Source: a virus
Lineage: Duplodnaviria; Caudoviricetes
Direction: 5' to 3' (one strand)
IMG/VR virus record: IMGVR_UViG_3300030108_003878
Location: 1-56,874 of that record
DNA: 56,874 bases
Shown here: in pieces, positions 1 through 8,095 of the stretch
Layout of the letters: every line of letters begins with the position of its first letter
Position numbering within the stretch: position 1 is the first letter of the stretch
The notes under the pieces: model-generated
Told to the model about the DNA's origin: nothing
The model's input: only the letters and a program-made list of their open reading frames with translations
The model's database searches: none
Program-made: the position numbers and the translations under genes

Positions 1-124
1 TAATAAGGACTGTTTAAAACTACTTGAACAAATGGGGAATAAATATGTAGACCATTTAAGGAAAAAACTTAATTCAATAGTTAATGATAAAGATAAACGA
101 TACAGAAATAAAAGAGAGAGCTAA
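1..124 (+). CDS. Partial hypothetical early protein (5' truncated)
   Basis: Open frame from nt 2 (NKDCLKLLEQMGNKYVDHLRKK...) to TAA at 122-124, overlapping the next ORF. Confidence 0.45.
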   Translation, partial: NKDCLKLLEQMGNKYVDHLRKKLNSIVNDKDKRYRNKRES

Positions 125-320
125 TAATAAAATTTGGAGTAAAATTCAAATGGGCCAAATACATTTAGAGGATTTAAGACAACAATTAAAAACCAAATCG
201 TATAGACCTTTTATTGATGAAGAACAACAACGAGGCTTAATAGAGCACCAAAAGCTAGATTTAAAAGTATTAAATTATATTTACAAATTAATTGAACTTG
301 ATAACCATGAAGCTATTTAA
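84..320 (+). CDS. Hypothetical phage protein
   Basis: 78-aa ORF in a tightly overlapping + strand run. Confidence 0.6.
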   Translation: MIKINDTEIKERANNKIWSKIQMGQIHLEDLRQQLKTKSYRPFIDEEQQRGLIEHQKLDLKVLNYIYKLIELDNHEAI

Positions 321-525
321 CTTTAATTTTAAAAGACTTTTACCTAATTCAAAAAAAGAAGCTCATAAAAAATTCTTGATTGATAATATATTTTTATTAC
401 ATAAAGAAATATTAGAAGATGTTTTAAGTTATAATAGAACAGGTATTTTGCCTATTAAAAGTTTAAAACATAAGGCCGGTTTAGTTTATAAATATTCTAG
501 ACGTTTACGGCTAATTAATATGTAA
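292..525 (+). CDS. Hypothetical phage protein (true start may be ATG 307)
   Basis: 77-aa ORF overlapping the upstream gene. Confidence 0.55.
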   Translation: MNLITMKLFNFNFKRLLPNSKKEAHKKFLIDNIFLLHKEILEDVLSYNRTGILPIKSLKHKAGLVYKYSRRLRLINM

Positions 526-573
526 AGCGACGATAGCTTATTAAAATATAATAATAGCACCCTAGTGTCACAC
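525..573. repeat. Imperfect-palindrome site A (putative operator/origin), paired with site B at 55875-55923
   Basis: GCGACGATAG-N29-TGTCACAC; same arms as site B, core inverted; overlaps the GTG start at 565. Confidence 0.75.
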
Positions 574-1185
574 CGTAAAATGCAATATTTAAACCGCAAC
601 CGAATCATTTATAGAAGAGACCCAATAAACGATGAGCCTACTTCTTCATTTGATTGGGGTTCATTTTATAAAAATGGAACTTATGAGTATTATAGCTTAT
701 TTTTTAGTGACGCAAAAATTAATACAATCAAATCATTATTGTGGCATTTATATGTATTATTATATTTGAATCCTAATTTAAACGAAGAAAAATTTAAAGA
801 GTTAGTTAGGCATATTACAAACAAATCAAATAATTTTATTACTTTTACTTTATCTAATGAAAAAATTAATAGTATTATAGAAGATACTTTAAAATTAAAT
901 TTAGACAAGCCACCTAAAAATAAACTTAGAAAAATTATTTTTAATGACTATAGCCTACTAAGTAAGCATGAAAAGCTTAAAATTGTAGGCCAAATGATTG
1001 GGCGGCAAAAATTATCGTTAGATAAAATATATGATGCCATGTTATTAATTAATAGTATGAATAATAAAATTACTATTAAAAGCTTAGCATCTTATTTTAA
1101 CTGCTCAACGCGGACTATTCATAGAAATATAAATAGTGAGTTAAGAGCAGAGATTAAAAAACTAAATGAAAAAATACAATGTTAA
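565..1185 (+). CDS. DNA-binding protein with C-terminal HTH, possible replication initiator
   Basis: C-terminal ITIKSLASYFNCSTRTIHRNI is HTH-like; helical middle region resembles PriCT; start codon lies inside site A. Confidence 0.6.
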   Translation: MSHRKMQYLNRNRIIYRRDPINDEPTSSFDWGSFYKNGTYEYYSLFFSDAKINTIKSLLWHLYVLLYLNPNLNEEKFKELVRHITNKSNNFITFTLSNEKINSIIEDTLKLNLDKPPKNKLRKIIFNDYSLLSKHEKLKIVGQMIGRQKLSLDKIYDAMLLINSMNNKITIKSLASYFNCSTRTIHRNINSELRAEIKKLNEKIQC

Positions 1186-1915
1186 AAACTATATTAGATA
1201 TAAGACAGATTTACGAGACTCAATGCCGAAGCAAAAAGAGTTTGAAGATTATACTCGTGATGAGCTTATTATTAAGTTTTTACCACTTGTAGAAAATATT
1301 GCACATAAATTTTCGACCATGCAACAAGCGTCAGGCGTTTTAGATATTACCGATTTAATTCAAGAAGGAGCAAAAGGTTTAACAATTGCTGTAGATAAAA
1401 TTGAATGGTTAACTATTAGAGTAAGTGAAGACCCTGAAAAAACTTTAAAATCTTTTTTAAGTAAAAGAATTAAAGGAGCAATAAGAAGAGCAATAGACAT
1501 AGCCCGTGGCCATATAAGAATACCAGAGCATAAGTTAAACGAGATGCGACAAAACCCAGAAAATACTAAAATGGTAGAGATGTTTTTTAATAGTATTTTT
1601 TTAAGTATTGATGAACAAATTGAAAATGAAGATAATAATTTTGATACAATACCAGACCAATCAGAACCATATAATATTGAGTTATTAAATTTATACTTGA
1701 AAGGATTATTAAAAAAGCATTTAAATAAAAAAGAATATGAAGTTTTAAGATTATCATATGGTTTAGATTGCAATAAGCATACTGCTAATCAGATTGCTGC
1801 ATTAATGGGTATTGATGGACCGAGTGCTTATGTTCGCATAAGTGAAATAAAAAAGAGTGCTGTAAATAAACTAATAAATAACGTAGACCATTCGCAAGTA
1901 TTAGATTATCTTTAG
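1166..1915 (+). CDS. Phage RNA polymerase sigma-70-family factor
   Basis: Region 2 motifs LIIKFLPLVENIA, DLIQEGAKGL, RIKGAIRRAI, IRIPEH; region 4 LNKKEYEVLRLSYGL...IAALMG...RISEIKKSAVNKL. Confidence 0.9.
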   Translation: MKKYNVKNYIRYKTDLRDSMPKQKEFEDYTRDELIIKFLPLVENIAHKFSTMQQASGVLDITDLIQEGAKGLTIAVDKIEWLTIRVSEDPEKTLKSFLSKRIKGAIRRAIDIARGHIRIPEHKLNEMRQNPENTKMVEMFFNSIFLSIDEQIENEDNNFDTIPDQSEPYNIELLNLYLKGLLKKHLNKKEYEVLRLSYGLDCNKHTANQIAALMGIDGPSAYVRISEIKKSAVNKLINNVDHSQVLDYL

Positions 1916-1920
1916 CTTCG

Positions 1921-1949
1921 CAAAAAAAATACGTTTATAAATAGATACT
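1921..1949 (+). promoter_or_regulatory. Putative phage early/middle promoter (class E)
   Basis: CAAAAAAAATACG-N10-GATACT, same motif and spacing as three copies at 56122-56804; upstream of the recombination/replication operon. Confidence 0.75.
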
Positions 1950-1973
1950 AAATAAAACCTAAAACCCGTAATT

Positions 1974-2438
1974 ATGAAAACAACTATCAACCAAAAATTA
2001 AAAACGATTCAAACTGAATTTAAATCAAAAAAAAATAGATTTAATAAATTTGGTAATTATCATTACCGTTCAGCAGAAGACATACTTGAAGGGCTTAAAC
2101 CTTTTTTAACTAACTTAAATGTAAGTGTTACAATAAACGAAGAATTAATCAGTTCAGAACCTCCCGTAATAAAATCAACCGCAACAATTTGCGATGATGA
2201 AAATAAATCGTTAAGTGCAACCGCTATTGTTGGAATAGATTTAACTTCTAAAGGCCAACAAATGCCTCAACGATATGGTGCAGCGTCATCTTATGCAAAA
2301 AAATATGCTTTAGGTAATTTATTATTAATAGACGATACACAGGACAGTGATGCCATGAATAAACATCCTGAGCCTCCTAAAAAAATAAACCATCAGAAGA
2401 TTAATAATATTGAGATAGACGACCTTATTACACTTTAA
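1974..2438 (+). CDS. ERF-family single-strand annealing recombinase
   Basis: FNKFGNYHYRSAEDILE and QRYGAASSYAKKYAL...DDTQDSD motifs. Confidence 0.85.
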   Translation: MKTTINQKLKTIQTEFKSKKNRFNKFGNYHYRSAEDILEGLKPFLTNLNVSVTINEELISSEPPVIKSTATICDDENKSLSATAIVGIDLTSKGQQMPQRYGAASSYAKKYALGNLLLIDDTQDSDAMNKHPEPPKKINHQKINNIEIDDLITL

Positions 2439-3172
2439 TGAACTCAAAAGAAATAATAGAAAAGCTTCAAGACGACAAACATTACTACGGTAAATTTGGC
2501 CGTCAATTTTTAAGTAACTCTGATATAAATACTTTAATTAAAGGTAAGCCTGAGGATTTATATAAACCAAAGAAAAAAACTTCAGATATGCTTATTGGTG
2601 GATATTTTCATACTATTATATTAGAGCCTGAAAAAGTAAAATCTTTTAAAATTATAGAAAGTTCAACACGCAATACAAATAAATATAAAGAAATATCAGG
2701 CGGTGAAATGTGTTTATTACAACACGAAGCTGACAAAGCAAATTTATTAACAGAAAAAATATTAAAAAATAAATATTGTGAGTCTATGATATTTGGTAGT
2801 GCTAAACAACATGAGGTCCCCGGTGTTAAATCAATTGAAGGAAACTTATGGAAAGGTAAAGCAGATATTATAAACCACGATGACCATTTTATAGTTGATT
2901 TAAAAACGACGCAAGACGTTGAAAATTTTAGATACAGCGCAAATAAATTTAATTATGATAGTCAAGCTTATTTATATCAACAAATATTTGGTTATGAAAT
3001 GATATTTATTGTAATAGATAAAAATACACAAAGAATAAAAGTATTTGATTGCTCAGATACTTTTTTACAACGGGGATATGATAAAGTTATGAGAGCAACA
3101 GAAGTGTTTAATTTATTTCATAAGACTTTAGACTTTGACCCAAATCAATATTTTATAAACGATACACTTTAA
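2438..3172 (+). CDS. PD-(D/E)XK exonuclease (RecE/exonuclease VIII-like)
   Basis: LSNSDI, GGYFHTIILEP, KGKADII...VDLKTT, YDSQAYLY; adjacent to ERF. Confidence 0.8.
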   Translation: MNSKEIIEKLQDDKHYYGKFGRQFLSNSDINTLIKGKPEDLYKPKKKTSDMLIGGYFHTIILEPEKVKSFKIIESSTRNTNKYKEISGGEMCLLQHEADKANLLTEKILKNKYCESMIFGSAKQHEVPGVKSIEGNLWKGKADIINHDDHFIVDLKTTQDVENFRYSANKFNYDSQAYLYQQIFGYEMIFIVIDKNTQRIKVFDCSDTFLQRGYDKVMRATEVFNLFHKTLDFDPNQYFINDTL

Positions 3173-3188
3173 TTTAAATTTAATCATT

Positions 3189-3497
3189 ATGGCAAGCATA
3201 ATAAATGGAAGCATTGACTTAACAAAAATACCTAAAGAAAAAATTATTATAGGTAAAAAAGGTAAGTACTTACCTATTTCAATTACTATTAACGACGAAC
3301 AAGACCAATTTGACCAAGATGGTCCTATAGTCGTACAACAGTCTAAAGAGGAAAGAGAAAGCAAAGAAGCTAAAACTTTTTTAGGAAATGTAAATGTTGT
3401 TTGGAGTAATGGACAAAATGTAGAAGCAAAGATAAAAACAAACGGTGCACAACCTCAAATAAAAGCTGAAGAGCCCGAAGACGATTTACCATTTTAA
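3189..3497 (+). CDS. Putative single-stranded DNA-binding protein
   Basis: Small beta-rich protein ending in acidic EDDLPF tail, between exonuclease and primase-helicase. Confidence 0.7.
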   Translation: MASIINGSIDLTKIPKEKIIIGKKGKYLPISITINDEQDQFDQDGPIVVQQSKEERESKEAKTFLGNVNVVWSNGQNVEAKIKTNGAQPQIKAEEPEDDLPF

Positions 3498-3501
3498 ATA
3501 A

Positions 3502-5217
3502 ATGAAAATTAATACTCAAGAGATTAATGGTTTTGAAATAGAAACTTTTAATCAATATAAACTTGAAGAAGGAAAAGCGCAGGGGATATGCCCTCTGTGC
3601 TCACACGAAAGAAAAGGTGCTAAGCAAAAACTTAAATGTGCTTCTTATGATTGGGAGCGCGGCTTAGGCACTTGTCATAATTGTAACAGCACTTTTCAAT
3701 TACATACATATATGCGTAAAGGTAAAGTTGAAAAAGAATATATCCGACCAAAAGCTGTTATTCATAATAAAATAAAAAGCACTAGGATTGAACAATGGTT
3801 TCAATCAAGAGGTATATCTATTAAAACGATAAATGATTTTAAAATATCGGAAGACATAGAATATATGCCTCAAATAGATAAGAAAACTAATATTATAAAA
3901 TTTAATTATTATATAGGTAATGAATTAATAAACATTAAATATAGAGATGCAAGAAAAAATTTTAAACTCTATAAAGGAGCCGAAAAAATATTTTATAATA
4001 TTAATAGTATTGTTGGTTATAATGAGTGTGCTATTGTGGAGGGTGAGATGGATGCTTTATCTTTACACGAAGCTGGTTATCCTAACGTAGTATCTGTTCC
4101 CAATGGTGCTACTATTAATAATAACAATTTAGATTACTTAGATAATTGTATAGATTACTTTGAAGACAAAGAAAAAATAATATTAGCCACTGATAAAGAT
4201 GAAGCTGGTATAACTTTACAGCAAGAATTAATTAGAAGATTAGGGGCAGAAAAATGTTATATAGTTGATTTTGAAGATTGTAAAGACGCTAACGAATATT
4301 TATTAACACATGGAAAAGAAAACCTTATCAGGCGAATTACAGAGGCAAAACCCGTGCCTTTGGAAAACGTTACTACTTTTAAAGATGTTGAGGACGAAAT
4401 TAAAGACTTTGTACAAAACGGTTTTAAGCCCGGTTATCAAGTTGGGCTCGCGAATTTTGACCAAATTTTTTCAACTTATACCGGTCAGTTTATTACTGTT
4501 ACTGGCATACCTTCTTCTGGTAAGTCTGATTTTGTGGATCAGATGGTCATCGGTTACAACTTAAAATACAATTGGAAAATTGCTTTTGCTTCACCAGAAA
4601 ACCAACCAACATATTTACATGCTCACAAGCTTATGCGAAAAGTATGGCAGGATATGCCAACTTTATCTCATGCAATTAAATGGCAGCAAGTTAGTCAACA
4701 TATTAATGATAATTTTTATTTTATTGATATGGAAAGATATACGCTTGAATCTGTGCTAAAAAAGGGAGCCGAACTAGTAAAGCGAAAAGGAATTAAATGT
4801 TTAGTTATAGATCCTTATAATAAAATAAGAGATGTAAATTCTAATTCAGATGATGTAAACCGTTATACAATGGAATACCTAACTAAAATAGAAATATTTG
4901 CAAAAAAATATGATGTTTTAGTTATCATAGTAGCACACCCTACAAAAATGTATCGAGATAAAGATGGTAATATAGAAGAGCCAACAATGTATAATATTAA
5001 AGGTGGCGGTGAATGGTATGATGCAAGTTATCACGGCTTATTAGTTCATAGAAATTATGAAGAAAAAACAGTTAAAGTAAAAGTATTAAAAGTTAAATTT
5101 CAAAATTTAGGTGAAAACGGAGCGGAAGCGTATTTTACTTGGAAACCAAAGTCAGGATGTTTTATTCCGCATTATATAGAATCTAATAACGAACCAATGC
5201 CATGGGAAGCGGACTAA
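3502..5217 (+). CDS. DNA primase-helicase (T7 gp4/Twinkle-like)
   Basis: Zn finger CPLC...CHNC; TOPRIM VEGEMDALS, DKDEAG, KDANE; Walker A GIPSSGKS; VIDPYN. Confidence 0.93.
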   Translation: MKINTQEINGFEIETFNQYKLEEGKAQGICPLCSHERKGAKQKLKCASYDWERGLGTCHNCNSTFQLHTYMRKGKVEKEYIRPKAVIHNKIKSTRIEQWFQSRGISIKTINDFKISEDIEYMPQIDKKTNIIKFNYYIGNELINIKYRDARKNFKLYKGAEKIFYNINSIVGYNECAIVEGEMDALSLHEAGYPNVVSVPNGATINNNNLDYLDNCIDYFEDKEKIILATDKDEAGITLQQELIRRLGAEKCYIVDFEDCKDANEYLLTHGKENLIRRITEAKPVPLENVTTFKDVEDEIKDFVQNGFKPGYQVGLANFDQIFSTYTGQFITVTGIPSSGKSDFVDQMVIGYNLKYNWKIAFASPENQPTYLHAHKLMRKVWQDMPTLSHAIKWQQVSQHINDNFYFIDMERYTLESVLKKGAELVKRKGIKCLVIDPYNKIRDVNSNSDDVNRYTMEYLTKIEIFAKKYDVLVIIVAHPTKMYRDKDGNIEEPTMYNIKGGGEWYDASYHGLLVHRNYEEKTVKVKVLKVKFQNLGENGAEAYFTWKPKSGCFIPHYIESNNEPMPWEAD

Positions 5218-5489
5218 CTAGTAGAAAAAAAAGGCTTAATTATACTATGCCTAGTTATAATTTAAGCGCAGACGAAATTAAATGGAGAAACTTTTGTATT
5301 AAAAAAAATATTAGAATATCACCAAAAGGTATATATAAAGACCCTGATAATTGGTATATTCAAATAAATTTTGGCCCTTATAAAAAAGGAGAGATACCTC
5401 ACGTATCACCAAATTCATTTGATCGTAAAAATATATGGCCTGAATATTTTAAAATATGTAAACATTATTATGATAAATATACAAAATGA
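5202..5489 (+). CDS. Hypothetical phage protein
   Basis: 95-aa ORF bridging helicase and TS-like gene with short overlaps. Confidence 0.65.
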   Translation: MGSGLTSRKKRLNYTMPSYNLSADEIKWRNFCIKKNIRISPKGIYKDPDNWYIQINFGPYKKGEIPHVSPNSFDRKNIWPEYFKICKHYYDKYTK

Positions 5490-6291
5490 ATATCGCGGTT
5501 TACTAGCCGGTATATTTTACGGAGGATCTAAAAAAGAAGATCGAACAGGGATAGGTACTAAAGCTGTTTACGGAAGAATGATCAGACACGATATGGCTTT
5601 AGGCTTTCCATTATTAACAACAAAAAAAATATTTTTCAATCATGCAACTACGGAATTATTATGGATACTACAAGGTCGTTCTGATCTTGATTATTTGCAC
5701 ACTAACGGTGTTACTTATTGGGACGCTAATTACAAATCCTCAAATAGAAATGATAACACGCTTGGGCCTATTTACGGGCATCAGCTTCGCAACTTTAATG
5801 GGATTGATCAACTTAAAAATGTACTCATCAACATTAAAGAAAACCCGAGCTCGCGGCGCATTATGGCAAGCTTTTGGAATCCCAATGACTTGGGTAATAT
5901 GGTCCTTCCTCCTTGTCATTATAGCTTTCAAATATATATAAATGATGATAAGCTTGATTTATTATGGACTCAGCGATCAGTGGATGTTTTCCTGGGTCTT
6001 CCTTATGATATTGCAATGTATGGGCTATTATTACTTATGTTTGCGAAAGGTAGTGGATATAAGCCCGGTACGCTTATCGCTTCCTTGGGTGATTGCCATA
6101 TTTATAATAATCATGCAAGTCAGGTTCAACAGCAATTACTTCGTAATTTTAGGAAATTACCTAATGTTAGTGTTGATATTGGACTTACTTATGATAAAAA
6201 ATTAAAAAAAGTAATTATACCTACACATAATATGGTTAATATTGTAAATTATGACCCTCACCCATATATTAAAGCACCTATAAACGCATAA
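5470..6291 (+). CDS. thyA: Thymidylate synthase-family enzyme, with Asp at the pyrimidine-specificity position (possible dCMP methylase/hydroxymethylase)
   Basis: DRTGIGT, FPLLTTKK, ELLW, LPPCH, QRSVDVFLGLPYDIAMY, GDCHIYNNH; start moved to in-frame ATG 5470. Confidence 0.9.
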   Translation: MINIQNEYRGLLAGIFYGGSKKEDRTGIGTKAVYGRMIRHDMALGFPLLTTKKIFFNHATTELLWILQGRSDLDYLHTNGVTYWDANYKSSNRNDNTLGPIYGHQLRNFNGIDQLKNVLINIKENPSSRRIMASFWNPNDLGNMVLPPCHYSFQIYINDDKLDLLWTQRSVDVFLGLPYDIAMYGLLLLMFAKGSGYKPGTLIASLGDCHIYNNHASQVQQQLLRNFRKLPNVSVDIGLTYDKKLKKVIIPTHNMVNIVNYDPHPYIKAPINA

Positions 6292-6293
6292 GT

Positions 6294-7049
6294 ATGTATT
6301 ATCTTTATCATATACCCGGTAAAAAAATAGGTGTAACACGTAATTTAAATAATAGAGTTACGCTAATGCAGGGCTATAAGTCTAATGAATATGAAGTTCT
6401 TGCTTCTTCTGATGATATTAATTTTATATCGTCGAAGGAAATAGAGCTTCAAAAGTCTTATGGCTATAAAGTTGATAGACAAAGCTATACTAGTTTAAAT
6501 AAATTAAATACAATGAAAATAAACATTACGGAACAAACCACAACTTTTCCAGTGCCCCGCACGCAGCTAGCGGATTGGCTTATTGAAAATAAAGAGTTAA
6601 CATGGGAAACAGACCATGGGGAATTTAATATTACTGAAGAATCATCCAGAGCCTGGGTATTAGCTAATGCTAAAAAATCTATGTATAACGACCAGCGCAC
6701 TTTTATTTATAACAAAGCATACGCTGAGAATGTTTTAAACAATCCCCAGGTTGAAATAGATTTTAATACTATTAGAGAGTGGGCAGATAAAAGAGGCATT
6801 GTAAAGGAAGGTAATGTTAATACACAATATATTAAGCTAATGGAAGAAGCTGGAGAGCTAGCCCAAGCTTTATTAAAAGATAACAAAGAAGAGATAAAAG
6901 ATGCCATAGGTGATATGGTTGTTGTACTTACTAATTTATCTTCTTTGTCAAAATTAAAAATTGAAGACTGCATTAACCATGCATATGACCAAATAGCTGA
7001 ACGAACGGGAGAAATGATAAATGGAACTTTTGTAAAAGATACGCTATGA
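6294..7049 (+). CDS. Fusion: GIY-YIG-like N-terminus, unknown middle domain, C-terminal MazG-like NTP pyrophosphohydrolase
   Basis: YYLYHIPGKKIGVTRNLNNR; C-terminal KLMEEAGELA...IKDAIGDMVVVL; in-frame internal ATG at 6513 with A-rich leader. Confidence 0.75.
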   Translation: MYYLYHIPGKKIGVTRNLNNRVTLMQGYKSNEYEVLASSDDINFISSKEIELQKSYGYKVDRQSYTSLNKLNTMKINITEQTTTFPVPRTQLADWLIENKELTWETDHGEFNITEESSRAWVLANAKKSMYNDQRTFIYNKAYAENVLNNPQVEIDFNTIREWADKRGIVKEGNVNTQYIKLMEEAGELAQALLKDNKEEIKDAIGDMVVVLTNLSSLSKLKIEDCINHAYDQIAERTGEMINGTFVKDTL

Positions 7050-7273
7050 GAGACTTAATTATTAAAAATGTTATTGAAAAAATTAAAAAACGTTCCGACG
7101 TTGGCTTTAAAAAATATGGCGTTACTTTAAAAGATGACGATCAACCACTCGACGTTTGGCTACAACATATTCAAGAAGAATTAATGGACGCAGTTAATTA
7201 TATTGAAAAAGCACGTTACGCACTTCGTGAAGAAATAGAAGAGTGTTATATTAATGATGCGAAAGAAGATTAG
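7046..7273 (+). CDS. Small all-alpha NTP-pyrophosphatase-like protein
   Basis: RSDVGFKKYGVTL...WLQHIQEELMDAVNY (EExxD motif). Confidence 0.6.
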   Translation: MRDLIIKNVIEKIKKRSDVGFKKYGVTLKDDDQPLDVWLQHIQEELMDAVNYIEKARYALREEIEECYINDAKED

Positions 7274-7703
7274 AAAACGTGGCCCAGTACAGGCTAAAAA
7301 AATAATTTATGATGGAATTAAATTTGCATCTGGATTAGAAAAATATATGTACATAGCTTTAAAAAAAGCTAAAATTAGATTTAAATACGAAGGAGAAACA
7401 TTTGTTTTATTAAATGGTTTTCATTTTGATAATCAAGTGTTTGAAAGACAGTCTAATAGTAAAGGAGAATATATAAATAGAGGTGAAAAAAGAATTCTAC
7501 CTATTAAGTACACTCCAGATTTTATTGGTAATAATTTTATAATTGAAACAAAAGGCAGACCAAATGAATCCTTTCCTATTAGATGGAAGTTATTTAAAAA
7601 ATTAGTTGTAGAACAATTTCCTAATTATACTTTGTATAAACCTCAAAATCAAAAAGAATGCGACAAAACTATAGATCTGATCCTAGGCATGCAAAAAAAA
7701 TAG
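7254..7703 (+). CDS. Holliday junction resolvase, T7 endonuclease I-like
   Basis: FASGLE...FKYE...YTPDF...IIETKG. Confidence 0.8.
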   Translation: MMRKKIRKRGPVQAKKIIYDGIKFASGLEKYMYIALKKAKIRFKYEGETFVLLNGFHFDNQVFERQSNSKGEYINRGEKRILPIKYTPDFIGNNFIIETKGRPNESFPIRWKLFKKLVVEQFPNYTLYKPQNQKECDKTIDLILGMQKK

Positions 7704-7831
7704 CGCGTATAAAATATGCAGAAAGACAGATTGAAAAGTATATTAAATGGACAATTGAAAATAGAGGAAAATTAATATATAGTGAATTAGAGGAATTACA
7801 TAATAAATATAATATTAATTGTTATGGCTAG
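7658..7831 (+). CDS. Small hypothetical protein (57 aa, not in ORF track)
   Basis: MRQNYRSDPRHAKKIARIKYAERQIEKYIKW...CYG*; fills the operon gap. Confidence 0.55.
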   Translation: MRQNYRSDPRHAKKIARIKYAERQIEKYIKWTIENRGKLIYSELEELHNKYNINCYG

Positions 7832-7961
7832 ATTAATTGTAAATAATAAATTTATAAAACCAAAAAAAAGAAGACCAGGAATTCATGCAAAATCAAAAAC
7901 ATCAAAAATTAAAACGAGCAAAAATTATGTCAAAAAATACAACCGACAAGGAAGAAGGTAA
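7824..7961 (+). CDS. Small basic protein (45 aa, not in ORF track)
   Basis: MARLIVNNKFIKPKKRRPGIHAKSKTSKIKTSKNYVKKYNRQGRR*; overlaps both neighbours. Confidence 0.6.
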   Translation: MARLIVNNKFIKPKKRRPGIHAKSKTSKIKTSKNYVKKYNRQGRR

Positions 7962-8091
7962 GGGCTGGGAGCTAACTCTCGGCTTTTATCCAGGAATATT
8001 ATTAGGGATAAGAAGTTATTTTAATAAAAATTATAACGAGCACGTTATATATGTTCCCTTTATAGATATTTGTTTAACTATTGATAAATAA
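7927..8091 (+). CDS. Small hypothetical protein
   Basis: MSKNTTDKEEGKGWELTLGFYPGILLGIRSY...; start moved to ATG 7927. Confidence 0.55.
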   Translation: MSKNTTDKEEGKGWELTLGFYPGILLGIRSYFNKNYNEHVIYVPFIDICLTIDK

Positions 8092-8095
8092 AAAT

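Noticed and set aside
5371-5469. N-terminal extension of the TS-like ORF from TTG 5371
   Set aside because: Overlaps the upstream gene by more than 100 nt; ThyA similarity begins near ATG 5470
7691-7720. Fifth class E promoter (CAAAAAAAATAGCG)
   Set aside because: Lacks ATACG and the GATAAT element at the fixed spacing; lies inside coding sequence
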